Assembly (NCBI RefSeq): GCF_039654945.1
Contig: NW_027361688.1
Location: 1,178,001 to 1,242,000 of the forward strand
DNA: 64,000 bases
Direction: 5' to 3'
DNA from: Dendrobates tinctorius
Lineage: Eukaryota
The translations under genes and the position numbers were made by a program. Positions 12,558 through 24,678 of the stretch are shown one piece after another. The notes under the pieces are model-generated. The model was not told the origin of the DNA. It did no database searches and worked only from the letters and a program-made list of their open reading frames with translations. Position 1 is the first letter of the stretch, and the number at the start of each line of letters is the position of its first letter.

Positions 12558-15500
12558 TGTTAGGCGTTGGATTCCTGGCACTGCACAGCTGGAGTCCAGA
12601 GCCAGACGTCCTGCGGTCTCCCATTCTTCCCCGACCGCTCTGGGTGTTGCTCAGCAAACACAGCGAGCCAGGCTTGCTGCTCAGACTCGCTCTGACAGCC
12701 TGGATGTTGCTGCCACCTCTGGTGCAGCAATAGCAGCGCAACCTGCTCTGCAGGGAACTGCTCCTGAGGCTAAGTCCTCATGCCGTGCTACTGGGCATGC
12801 TCGCAACTTGACCTCTCACTGGAGAGCAGGGGTCACATGCTCAGGTCCTACGTTGTATCTGATTGGTCCTTCCCAAGCTAATGGAAGGTCCCGGAAGCGC
12901 ATCGCTATAAAAAGCCTGCATGGCGGCTCGGCGATGCGCTAGTGTAGCATATTATGCTGTGTGTGTATGGTGACGGATGTGTGGACTGGTGACTGACGCA
13001 TTATGAAACCCCTTCCCTCGGATATTACGAATGGTGACAGAGAGTTGGATAGTCAGTCTCAGCTTGTGGCAAGCTACACGCCACGTGATCCTCGCCTACA
13101 CTAGCGTCCGTCGGCGCCTGTGTCTCAGCGCCGACGTCTGCGGTTTTACCTGCCGCTGCGCTGCACTAACCGCAGCTACTCTTGGTCGCTGTTGCGACGC
13201 CACACGCAGGCCTCTGTGACATTAGCAGAGCCGTGTCTCAGCATCACATTGCCTCTTGCGACTCTGTGCCAGAACAGAGGCGTTCTTAGCATTCGCGTGA
13301 CGTTAACCCGAGCGCAGTACCTCATTGCTTAGGTGCATCTGCCATTGTTCAGCAGCGGTCTTGTCACCTACCGCACGGTGGACTCCGGGCGGCGAACGCA
13401 CCTCCTGTTATTTTATATTTGGTGCGTTCCGCTGTCCTAACAGGAAGTTCTTCTCCCCGTAGAGAAAATGCAGCATGAAATGGAATCGGGAGAAGAACAA
13501 GGACCTTCTGGCCTGACAAGAATTCAGCCGCTGGGCTGTCTGTAGATAGACCAAATTTTTGTGGTCGGTGAACACCTGGAATGGGTGGCGAGCCTCCTCC
13601 AGGAGGTGTCTCCACTCTGAGAAGGCCAGCTTCATTGCTAGCAACTCCCTGTCCCTGATGGAATAATTCCTCTCCGCCGGTGAGAAGGTCTTAGAGAAGA
13701 AGAAGCATGTGTGCTTCCGACCTTGCGAGTCCTTCTGAAAAAGGACCGTTCCACCTCCAGGATTAAGGTATTATCTACATCAGGGCGATGTAGAATGGGA
13801 GCGCTAGCAAAGTGGGACTTAATGGAGGCGAAGGCCTTGGAGACAGTCTCCAACCACAGTTTGGGATTTGCACCCTTCATGGTGAGGGCAACCAAAGGCG
13901 CGACCAAAGTTGAGAAATAGGGAATGAATTGGCGATAGTAATTTATGCACCCCATAAAGCGCTGCACCGCTTTGAGAGAATGGGGTTCCTGCCAATCCAT
14001 CACTGCCCGTAGCTTGGCAGGATCCATGGCCAAACCCTGGGCTGAGATGATGTAGCCCAGGAAAGGCAAGGACTCCTGCTCAAACACACATTTCTCCAAT
14101 TTGGCATAAAGAGAGTTGGCCTGCGGGAGATAGAAAACTTTGCAAACATCTCTCCGGTGGGAGTCAATATCTGGAGAGTAAATGAGAATATCATCCAGAT
14201 AGATTACTACCGAGGTGGTAAGCATATCCCGGAAGATGTCGTTCACAAAGTCTTGGAAGACGGCTGGCGCATTACATAGCCCGAAGGGCATCACTAGGTA
14301 TTCATAGTGCCCGTCTCTGGTGTTAAAAGCCGTCTTCCATTCCTCCCCTCACGGATGCGAATCAGGTTATAGGCTCCCCGCAGATTGAGCTTTGTAAACT
14401 CTCTCGCTCCCCGTAGCCTATCAAACAGTTCCGATATCAGGGGCAAAGGATACTTGTTCTTAACGGTTATAGCGTTAAGATCCCTGTAATCAATGCATGG
14501 ACGTAATTCTCCATTCTTCTTTTGGACAAAGAAGAATCCCGCACCCGCTGGAGACACCAACTTCCTAATGAATCCTCTTGTCAGATTCTCCCTGATATAC
14601 TGATAGTGGATATACTCAACCCCAGGGAGGCTCAGCACCGGGCAAGAGGTCAATAGGACAGTCGTATGGGCGGTGCGGTGGAAAGGTCTCTGCCGCCTTG
14701 GAGAATACGTCTGCATACTGTCGATATGGCTTGGGAAGCGAGGAGAGATCTGCAGGAACCTCAGAAGTGGCGACCTGTACGCAGTCCCTCAGACACCTAC
14801 CCTCGCAGGCCTTGCTCCAACTGAGGATTTTTCCTGAAGACCACTCTATATGGGGAGAGATCGCAACCAGGGAACCCCTAGGAGCACCTGGTCGATCCCT
14901 TCGGGCATAACAAGGAGAGACAGCATCTCCTGATGAGAAGGAGACAAAGAGAGTCTCAGTGGAGCCGTCTGGTGGGTGATTTGGGACGGGAGTGTCGCCC
15001 CATTCACCACTCTGATGGTGGCTGGTTGAGGTAGCAAGACCAGGGGGACTGCGTGTTGTTGAGCGAAGGCAGATGACAAGAAATTGCCCTCCACCCCTGA
15101 GTCCACACAAACCTCCACCATCAGAGTGGAGGAATTAAATTCTAACGCCCCTTTAAACAGGAGCTTGGAGGAGAAAGTCGCGGTGTCTAGTAGGCCCCCT
15201 CCGATAACCACTAGACGGGAGCGTTTCCCGTGCGCTGTGGGCACTGGTTAGCTAGATGCCCAGTCTGCCGACAGCGGAAGCAGACTGAAGGTACCTGCGC
15301 AGACCTGGTCTGGGACACCTCCATGGCCTCTGGAGGCTCGGGAGGCTGACCGGAAGATTCCAGAAGTCTCGCGAAATTTGAAGCCAACTTATAACGTTGG
15401 TGGGACCTGGAACGATCCAGCCCTCGTTCCATGAAGCGAATGTCTATTCGGGTAGCGACCGTAATGAGCTCCTCTAAAGTGGTGGGCACCTCCCTAGTGG

Positions 15501-15861
15501 CCACAGCGTCTTTGACGTGATCAGCCAGGCCTCTCCAGTATATGGGTATCAGAACCTTATCTGGCCATTCCAACTCCGAGACCAGAGTTCTGAAGAGGAT
15601 GGCATACTGGCTGACCAAAGACGCACCCTGGGTCAAAGCCAGCAACTGAAGTGCGGTGTCGTGCGTGACCCGAGGACCCAGGAACACCTGCTTCAGAGTG
15701 ACCAGGAAATGGGTGGCACTCTGTACCAGGGGATCCCCGCACTCCCACAGTGGGGTGGCCCACTCCAGGGCCCTGCCCGACAGGAGGGAGATGATAAACC
15801 CCACCTTGGCCCGCTCGGAGGGAAATCGTGTGGCCAGCAACTCCAGGTGAATGGAGCACTG

Positions 15862-16731
15862 TGTTAGGGACTGTGGAACGCACCAAATATAAATGGTAGA
15901 AGGTGCGTTCGCCGCCCGGGGTCCACCGTGAGGTAGATGTAAGGACCGCTGCTGGATAATGGCAGACTAGATAGATGGCGAAGTACTGCACTCGGGTTAA
16001 CGTCACCCGAGGTCCTTAGGGCAGACTCTGTTAAGTACACAGAGGCGCCCTAGCATAAATAAGGCGTAGACGCTGGACCTGTTAACTCCACAAGACCAGT
16101 CGGCGTGTGGCGTCGCAGCCGCGAACGCCAATAGGCGCTGCAGACAGCAGCGCGGCGAAAACTACAGCCGCTAAACGACAGCGCCGGAGAGCCGGACACC
16201 GTCGGACGCTAGCATAAGGTGCAGTGAGCACAGTGGCGCATAGCTTGCCACAACCTGGCACTGACTGAAACAACACTCTGTCACCATTCGTATTATCAGA
16301 GGGTAGGGGTTTCCAATGAGTCAGTCACCAGACACATGCATCCGTCACCATACATACATAGCAGATAAGTCTACACTAGCGCATGGCTGAGCCGCCATGC
16401 AGGCTTTTTATAGCCATGCGCTTCCGGGACCTTCCAGTCCTCTGATAAGGCCCAATCAGATCCGACACAAGACCTGAGCACGTGACCCCCGATCTCCACT
16501 GAGAGGTCGTCCTGCAGGCATGCCCAGTAGCACGGTGAGAGGACTTAGACTCTGGAGCGATCTCCCGCATAGCAGGTTGCGCTACCATTGCTGGACCAGA
16601 GGTGGCAGCAACATCCAGAGAGCGAGTCTGAGCAGAGCGGCTGGATCGCAGACATTGCTGTGCAGGTCCCAGAGCGGTTGGAGAGGAATGGGAGACCGCC
16701 GGATGTAGTCTCAGGAATCCGACACCTAACA
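15862..16731 (-). mobile_element. Gypsy LTR (related subfamily) abutting the truncated gag of element B
   Basis: TGTTAGG termini at both ends; homologous to the 7513 LTR; no matching TSD. Confidence 0.85.
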
Positions 16732-16946
16732 TAGGGGATGACTTTCTGTTTGTTGTGGATCTGATCGCTGGGACCCCCATGATCCTAGCAAACATAGCTT
16801 TGAAGAGCACCATGTAAATGGAGCTGTGGTCAATCATACTCACTGTGGTGCCATTCACATGTGGCTCTTCAAATAACTCCTTAAAGAGAGTGATGAGGAG
16901 ACGACAAAGTATAGCAAAAATTCACTGATCGGGGTGAGGAGTGTCA

Positions 16947-17205
16947 GGCTGTGTGCACACGCTGCGGTGTACAGTAGCATAATATCCTATGGAAAATAAA
17001 AAAACGCTGTGCAGACGCTGCAGAATTTTCCACGTGGATTTGCTGCGGTTTTGAAACCGCAGAAAGAATTGACATGTCAATTCTTTCTGCGGTTTGCCAT
17101 CTCCTCCATTGTGGAGATGAAAAACCGCAGGTCTTTTGGCCTGCGGATTTTACAAAATCTGCGCGACCAAATCCTCAGAGCATTCCGCAGCGTGTGCACA
17201 TACCC
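16947..17205. mobile_element. PIF/Harbinger-type MITE
   Basis: TIR GGCTGTGTGCACACGCTGCGG / CCGCAGCGTGTGCACATACCC; flanks TCA/TTA. Confidence 0.65.
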
Positions 17206-17279
17206 TTATAGTTTGTGGGCTGGTGGGGTTTGTGTGGCAGGGCTGCTTTTTTGTCCCAGTCCGGCCCTGCCAACCACCC

Positions 17280-17607
17280 TGGACGCATAAGCCCAAGAGA
17301 GAACCTCCGGTTGCAGACGGGCAGGGACAAAAGTCTTGCTTGGAGGTACCGACTCGAGGGCGACAGGAGCCACGGTCCTCAGAATCTCAGATGGGACAAT
17401 CAGTCAAGGCTCCACCTCCTCCTCCTCTGATGACACCACAGAGCTAGAAAGGACATCTGCTCAAACGTTCTTCTCCCCGGAAAGAAAATGAAGGGTGAAA
17501 TGAAACCGGGAGAAGAATAGGGACCATCTGACCTGGCGTGAATTTAACCGCTGGGCAGTATGTAGGTAAACCAATTTTTTGTGGTCGGTGAATACCTGGA
17601 AGGGAGT
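17280..17607 (-). mobile_element. Gypsy RNase H/integrase fragment
   Basis: Reverse complement resembles 11000-11300 (FTDHKNL..., ADALS, VPPGKT region). Confidence 0.75.
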
Positions 17608-19558
17608 TGTTTTCTCCTACATATGAGATATCCGCATACTCAGGACAAATTGGACAACAACTTTTGGGGTCCAATTTCTCCTTTTACCCTTGGTAAAATA
17701 AAAAAATTGGGGACTAAAAGATCATGTTCGTGGAAAAAATATGATTTTTTTATTTTCACGCCCGGACGTTATAAACTTCTGTGAAGCACTTGGGGGTTCA
17801 AAGTGCTCACCACACATCTAGATAAGTTCCTTGGGGGGGGTCTAGTTTCCAAAATGGTGTCATTTGTGAGGGATTTCCACTGTTTTGGCACATCAGGGGC
17901 TTTCCAAACGCGATATGGCGTCAGATCTCAATTCCAGCCAAAAAAGTCAAATGGCGCTGCTTCCATTCCGAGCTCTGCAATGCGCCCAAGTAGTTGTTTA
18001 CCCCCCCATATGGGGTATCAGCGTACTCAGGACAAATTGCACAATGACTTTTGGGGTCCTGTTACCCTTGGGAAAATAAAAATTGGGGGTGAAAAGATCA
18101 TTTTTGTGGAAAAAATATTTTTTAATTGTACGGCTGTACGATATAAACTTCTGTGAAGCCCTTGGGGGTTCAAAGTTCTCACCACATATCTAGATAAGGC
18201 CAGTTTCACACTTGCGTTAAAGGCCGCAGCGTCGGCCTGCACACGGCCGCCGCTAAGCCACGCCCCTGGCCGCGGCTCCGCCGGTAGCTCCGCCTCCGGG
18301 CGCATGACGCTGCATAAGTCATACGTCCCCTATCTTTATCACTGAGAACGCAGGCCGTGCGCAGTATGCGTTTGGCGGCGCCTGCGTCCTTTTGACGGTG
18401 CGCCGAGCGCAACCAAATTGCAACAGGTTGCGTTTGGCGCCAGTCGGCGCACTGTCAAAAGGGCGCAGGCGCCGCCAAAACGCATACTGCGCACGGCCTG
18501 CGTCCTCAGTGATAAATATCGTCATGTGCCCGGAGGCGGAGCTACCAGTGGAGGCGTGGCAGGGGGTGGGGCTTAGCGGCGGCCGTGCGCAGGCCGACGC
18601 TGCGGCCTTTAACGCAAGTGTGAAACCGGCCTTAGTTCCTTGGGGGGTCTAGATTCCAAAATGGGGTCACTTGTGGGGAGTTTCCACTGTTTAGGCACAT
18701 TAGGGGCTCTCCAAACGTGACATGGCGTCCGATCTGAATTCCAGCAAATTTTGCATTGAAAAAAATCAAACGGCGCTCCATCCCTTCTTAGCTCTGCCAT
18801 GCGCCGAAACAGTGGTTCCCCCCCCACATATTAGGTATCAGCGTACTCAGGACAAATTGCACAATAACTTTTGCAGTCCAATTTCTCCTTTTACCCTTGG
18901 TGAAATAAAAAAAAATTGGACCTGAAGTAATTTTTTTGTGAAAAAAAGTTAAATGTTCATTTTTTTTAAACATTCAAAAAATTACTGTGAAGCATCTGAA
19001 GGGTTAATAAACTTCTTGAATCTGGTTTTGAGCACCTTGAGGAGTGCAGTTTTTAGAATGGTGTCACTTTTGGGTATTTTCTATCATATAGACCCCTCAA
19101 AGTGACTTCAAATGTGATGTGGTCCCTAAAAATAAAATGGTGTTGTAAGAATGAGAAATCGCTGGTCAACTTTTAACCCTTATAACTTCCTAACAAAAAA
19201 AAAAAATGTTGGTTCCAAAATTGTGCTGATGTAAAGTAAACATGTGGGAAATGTTACTTATTAAGTTTTTTGTGTGCCGTATCTCTGTGATTTAAGGGCA
19301 TAAAAATTCAAAGTTGTATAATTGCGACATTTTCAAAATTTTCGCCAAATTTCCATTTTTTTCACAAATAAACTCAAGTTATATTAATTACATTTTACCA
19401 CTAACATGAAGTACAATATGTCACGAGAAAACAATGTAAGAATCACCGGGATCCATGGAAGCTCCAGAGTTATCACCTCATAAAGGGACAGTGGTCAGAA
19501 TTGTAAAAATTGGCCCGGGCATTAACATGCAAACCACCCTTGGGAGTAAAAGGGTTAA
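17608..19558. mobile_element. Right-hand part of a non-autonomous TTAA (piggyBac-like) DNA element with internal tandem duplications
   Basis: Highly similar to 60050-61265; ends ...AAGGG-TTAA near 19558. Confidence 0.7.
18198..18631. mobile_element. Harbinger-type palindromic MITE
   Basis: Long TIR GGCCAGTTTCACACTTGCGTTAAAGGCCGCAGCGTCGG; flanks TAA/TTA; empty site GATAAGTTCC seen at 17821 and near 60375. Confidence 0.85.
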
Positions 19559-19674
19559 ACATGAAAAAAATAAACTTTGTCTATTGTTGATTCTTCTGTT
19601 CCCATCTAGCAGATTATAGGGTTAATAGCTGTAGGCTGTAGGTTGTGCAGTCTGACAACACACCCCTATAGTTT

Positions 19675-19688
19675 AGTTTCAGTTTCTT
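19675..19688 (+). promoter_or_regulatory. Interferon-stimulated response element (ISRE) upstream of the TRIM gene
   Basis: AGTTTCAGTTTCTT matches the AGTTTCNNTTTCNY consensus, 25 nt before the ATG. Confidence 0.65.
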
Positions 19689-19713
19689 GTGCTTACTGAA
19701 CTGAACTGAAGTC

Positions 19714-21498
19714 ATGGCTTCTGCTGATCTAAGAGAAGAGCTGCTCTGCTCCATCTGCTTGAACATTTATACAGATCCTGTAATGCTGAGATGTGGACAC
19801 AACTTCTGCCGGGTCTGTATTGATCGTGTGCTGGATACACAGGACGGGTCTGGAGTTTATTCCTGTCCTGAATGTAGAGAAGAGTTTCAGGAGCGGCCGA
19901 CACTGATGAGGAACATAACTCTGCGTAATGTAGCAGAACGTTTCCGGTCAACTCAGACACATCAGGAGATCACCGGGATCTGCTGCACTTACTGCATTCA
20001 CTCTCCTGTACCTGCTGTTAGATCCTGTCTACACTGCGAGGCTTCTCTGTGTGATAATCACCTGAGGGTTCACAGCAAAGGAGCAGAACACGTCCTCACT
20101 GATCCCAGCACTTCTCTGGAGACCAGGAGATGTTCTGTCCATAAGAAGATCCTGGAATATTACTGCACTGAGGACAATGCTTGTATCTGTGTGTCCTGCA
20201 GTTTGGCTGGAAAACACCGGGGACACGAGGTGGAGATGTTGGAGGAGGCCTCTGAGAAGAAGAAAAAGAACCTTAGAAATATTCTGCATAAAATGACCAC
20301 AAACAGAAAAAAGGCTAAGAAAAGAGTCAAAAGTCTGGTGGAGCGCAGGAAAAAAGCTCAAGAAGACGCAGCTGGAGAGGCTGAGGGGGTCACCGCCCTG
20401 TTTCTAGACATCAGAAGATGGCTGGACAACCTTGAGGAGAAGACCATAAGTGAGATCTCCAGAAAGGAAAAGCAGGTGTCATGGGCACTGTCTCATTTGA
20501 TCCAGAAGCTGGAAATAAAGATGGACGAGCTGTCCAGGAAGATGAGGAACATTGAGGAGCTGTGTGACATGACGGATCCACTGACTGTCTTACAGGAACC
20601 AGACACCGGTGACTTGTGTGATCCTGAGGAGAAGGAAGATGATAAGGCCACAGGAGGACATGATGGAGGTGATGAGGCCACAGGGGGACATGATGGAGGT
20701 GATGAGGCCACAGGAGGACATGATGGAGGTGATGAGGCCACAGGGGGACATGATGGAGGTGATGAGGCCACAGGGGGACATGATGGAGGTGATGAGGCCA
20801 CAGGAGGACATGATGGAGGTGATGAGGCCACAGGGGGACATGATGGAGGTGATGAGGCCACAGGAGGACATGATGGAGGTGATTGGAGTGCAGAGTTTAT
20901 ATCACACACATTATCTGATATAATTAGAGATGTAAATGTGATCTTCTATGTGAAGGATCCTGCAGACATATTACTGGATGTAAACACAGCTGCTAATAGT
21001 ATTTTGATTTCAGATGAGCTGAGTATTGCAACCTGGACATGGAAAACACAGAATCGTCCAAAAACAGCAAAGAGATTCCAGGATTATCCTCAGGTGATGA
21101 GCGGGAGGGGATTTACCTCAGGACGACATTACTGGGATGTGGAGATCAAAGGGTCAGAGTTGTGGATGGTGGGGATGTGTTACCCCAGTATGGGCAGAAG
21201 GGAATGTCAATCACACATTGGATATAATAACAAGTCCTGGGGTTTATATGGACGGCGGCAGTTGTATGACTATAATTATTCAGTGATACATGACTGTAAA
21301 GTGATCCCGCTACCTCACCGAATCTCAAGTGGTCAGTTCAGGATATATCTGGATTATGAGGCCGGGAAATTGTCCTTTTATGAGCTGTGTGACCCCATCA
21401 GACACTTACACACCTTCACTGCCACCTTCTCCGAGCCCCTACATGCTGTGTTATGGGTGTGCTATGGTTATATAAAAATATCGGGGAGCAGAAGGTGA
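19714..21498 (+). CDS. Intronless class IV TRIM E3 ubiquitin ligase (RING, B-box1, B-box2, coiled coil, PRY/SPRY; TRIM16/25/finTRIM-like)
   Basis: 594-aa ORF: CSIC..CGHNFCRVC..CPEC RING; CTYC..CLHCEASLCDNH; CSVHKK..C..CVSC..H; LDVNTA, FTSGRHYWDVE, YLDYEAGKLSFY. Confidence 0.93.
   Translation: MASADLREELLCSICLNIYTDPVMLRCGHNFCRVCIDRVLDTQDGSGVYSCPECREEFQERPTLMRNITLRNVAERFRSTQTHQEITGICCTYCIHSPVPAVRSCLHCEASLCDNHLRVHSKGAEHVLTDPSTSLETRRCSVHKKILEYYCTEDNACICVSCSLAGKHRGHEVEMLEEASEKKKKNLRNILHKMTTNRKKAKKRVKSLVERRKKAQEDAAGEAEGVTALFLDIRRWLDNLEEKTISEISRKEKQVSWALSHLIQKLEIKMDELSRKMRNIEELCDMTDPLTVLQEPDTGDLCDPEEKEDDKATGGHDGGDEATGGHDGGDEATGGHDGGDEATGGHDGGDEATGGHDGGDEATGGHDGGDEATGGHDGGDEATGGHDGGDWSAEFISHTLSDIIRDVNVIFYVKDPADILLDVNTAANSILISDELSIATWTWKTQNRPKTAKRFQDYPQVMSGRGFTSGRHYWDVEIKGSELWMVGMCYPSMGRRECQSHIGYNNKSWGLYGRRQLYDYNYSVIHDCKVIPLPHRISSGQFRIYLDYEAGKLSFYELCDPIRHLHTFTATFSEPLHAVLWVCYGYIKISGSRR
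20641..20880 (+). repeat. Coding minisatellite, 8 x 30 bp (DEATGGHDGG)
   Basis: GATGAGGCCACAGG(A/G)GGACATGATGGAGGT repeated 8 times in frame. Confidence 0.95.
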
Positions 21499-22979
21499 GG
21501 AGCCGTCGCCATAGAAGAAATTTAACCTGCGACTGGTGACATCTCCGGGAGCAGAATATATGATTGAAGCGTTTATACTTCTGACCATGTAGAAATTCTT
21601 GTAATAATCACTCAATGTTTTGCAAAATACGGAAATACTGAGATCATTTTACTGCGATTGTCACGGTACGGCCCCAGCCTGAGAAATCAACCATAAAGCT
21701 GTTATCATTGTGATCAGGACAGATTCTGGGTAATTAAGGCTTATAATGCTCTAAGGTATGTTCACATGGGTAGGATAAAATTCATAGCTGCACAGCACCT
21801 GCCTGTGGGTTGTTTCTGTAATTGCAACTACTCATCATTGAAGTAGATGATTTCCTAATCCTACTCAGTCCTTGGCACATGTCAAGAACAAAATTATTCT
21901 GTGCTATTCCCGCAAGGCCCATCATCCCCAATCCCCTAAACTTTTTTTTTTACAAACCTACTAGGCTAATGTTCGTCACAGTCATGTGAGATACAATTTG
22001 TAAACAGTAAGGACCTCACACTGGTGGGATCAGCTTTGCAGGCAGGGGCAAAATTAATAGGGCAATTGTGTAAATGTACCGTATTTTGTTTATATTTTAG
22101 GCAATGTCTAAAACTTTCATCCATTTCGGTGGTGGATGATCTTATTATGGATATTGGTGGTAGTCTCCACAGATGGTTCATAGTGGTCAGAGTTTTATGA
22201 CATACTGTATCTTACTGACATAAGAAAATAATAAAATTTTTGAAAAATTCACTAAGTGTACAATTTTTTTTTTTTTTTTTTTATTGGGGAACAGGTAATG
22301 TCATCAATTTATATAGACTTTAAACATTATAGGCCCTGATTCAACAAGATTGTAATTTTTCACACCAGTCTTGAGGGTTCAGGGTGGAGCATGAAGCATC
22401 TGATTCATTATGAGGTGGACAGATGAATCAGGCTAGGTGTGCTTCACCATAAATTTCACTCCAGTAAGGGGCTAAAGTAAGATTTGTGGCGTAATGACCA
22501 TCGCTGCTAGTTATGAATTTGACGAGCGGGGAGTCGTCATACCCCATCACGGTTCCCCCCACTTTGTTGGAGCTAGGCGAAAATAGTGTGAAGATGCCAA
22601 AAGGCGCAAAATGACTTTTCTAAGCTTTTTATTAGTGATGAGTGAGCATACTCAGTAATGCTCATTACTCGCCCGACTATCACTATACTCGCGGTACTCG
22701 GCGAGCACCAAGCATTTCCGGGATTGCTCGGCGGGAACTCGAGTCCCCTCCCAGCATGTTTGGCGCTCTTTAGAGAGCCAATCAACATGCAGGGATTGTC
22801 TGTCATGCACTGTAATGCCGCAGCCATCTTTGCTGTGGTATTACAGTGATTGGCTGGCCGCACAGCATCATCAGATCTATCAGAGACCTGATGCTGCCAT
22901 GCTCGGCGCATTCAGCTCCGGATTCGGACAGTATAGGGAGATCTGCTGCTAACATAGGGTCAGATTTGGGGATTTATTA

Positions 22980-23351
22980 AGCTAGTTTCACACTTGCGTT
23001 TGGAGGCGCAGCGTACGCTCGGCGTGAAGCTCCGCCTCCTGCCGCGCCTCCGGTCAGCTCCGCCTATGGCGCATGACGCTGCGTGCATTTAGCATTGGGT
23101 ACGCAGGCGGTGCGCAGGTATGCTTTTGCCGACACATGCGTCCTTTTGACACTGTGCCGGTGGCACCAAAACACAACACGGTGCGTTTGAGCCCAAATGC
23201 AATCCTGCGTACCCAATGCTAAATATAGGGTACGCAGGTCGCATGCAGCGTCATGCGCCCATAGGCGGAGCTGACCGAAGGAGGCGCAGCAGGGGGCGGA
23301 GCTTCACGCCGAGCGTGCGCTGCGCCTCCAAACGCTAGTGTGAAACTAGCC
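22980..23351. mobile_element. Harbinger-type MITE
   Basis: TIR GCTAGTTTCACACT..CGTTTGGAGGCGCAGCG inverted at both ends; TTA flanks; related to the 18198 MITE. Confidence 0.8.
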
Positions 23352-24678
23352 TTAGTCAGTGTGGGTATACCATCACAGAATCCACAAATCCAGCTAAACC
23401 AACAGTCCTTCTAAGGTCGGAGTCACACAACGTATAAAAATACGGTCCGTATTTTACAGTCGTAATATGCAGAAATGTTCCCTGAACAGTGATCCCTATG
23501 TCATCCATTGGCAAGGTATGGCTGCATTTTTTGCACATGTAAGCATCTGTATGACATGTGTATTGCATCCATATACCGAGATTTTCTCGCTGGCTTGCAA
23601 AATGGACATATAATGGATCCCAATAACAGGTTAAAACACAAACGAAATAATAGATATAGACACATAGAGAATATATATATATATATATATACACATGTCA
23701 TTGAGACACATACTGTGTATATATATATTTATATTTCATAGAATTCTATACGGCATAATAGCCGCTAAATCAATTGCCGGCTTCTACAAAACTCAACATG
23801 AAATGACACATGATTTGCATACAGTAAACCATTTCATTTATTTTTTAATTAGATTAGTGTATGTGTGTAAAATTTTGGACATGTAGATGCTAAATTAACA
23901 GGTAAATTCGTTGAAACAAATTGCGTGGGCTTCCGCGGTAATTTCTCCGCCAGAGAGGGAAAGCCAGTGAGTGAGGGCAGATATTAATAGTCTAGAGAGG
24001 GACCGTTGTTTTTGGCCCCCCCCGGCTAAAAAAAAAAATCTACCACCAGCCGCCCCAGAAAAGGCGCATTATAAGATGCTGCCCCAGAAAAGGCGCATTA
24101 TAAGATGCGCCTTTTCTGGCACTTAGCCTCTCTATTCCCATTGCCTTTAGCGGTGGCTAGTGGGTTAATAATGATGAGTTAATGTCACCTTGCTATTGAA
24201 AGGTGACATTAAGCCAGGTTAATAATGGAGAGGTTTCAATAAGACTCCTATCCATTATTAACCCTAGAATAGTGAAGGGTTAAAAAGACGCACACACATT
24301 AATTACAAATTCTTAAATGAAATAATTACGCAAAGTTTTTGACCACATTTATTAATCTGCTAATCCAAAAATAGCCCATGATCTGTAAAAAAATAAAATA
24401 AAAAAACAACAATATACATACCTCGCCGCAGTTCAGTCAGGTCCCCGCTGCAATCCATCACAAGGGGTTAACTAGTTTTCAACGGAGACCAGTGCTAATG
24501 CTACCAGACCCGCTGTAAACCACTGCCGAATGAATGACTTCATCTCTGCGCAGCCTCCCCGGCTGACCGCAGATGAACTAATAAGCGTGGGAACTATTCA
24601 CATAAACTACATTAAAAACCACCATTGATTTGGGCGCCCGGGGCCACGGACCGGGTCACCGCCGCTGTGACACATCCC

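Larger units (their letters stand above)
7513..13442 (+). mobile_element. Full-length chromodomain Gypsy (Tf1/sushi-like) LTR retrotransposon
   Basis: LTRs 7513-8397 and 12558-13442 (TGTTAGG...CCTAACA); 5-bp TSD GGAAG at 7508-7512 and 13443-13447; PPT before the 3' LTR. Confidence 0.97.
6119..15861 (-). mobile_element. Degenerate Gypsy element B internal region (gag, PR, RT, RH, IN, chromodomain), split by the 7513-13442 insertion
   Basis: Fragmented ORFs 15211-15840 (gag with CCHC), 14616-15244 (DSG protease), 13638-14716 (RT, YLDD), 13408-13644 (RNase H), 6131-7337 (integrase and chromodomain). Confidence 0.9.

Noticed and set aside
20493-20923. Repetitive ORFs in other frames and strand over the TRIM VNTR
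   Set aside because: A 30-bp unit lacking stops opens several frames automatically
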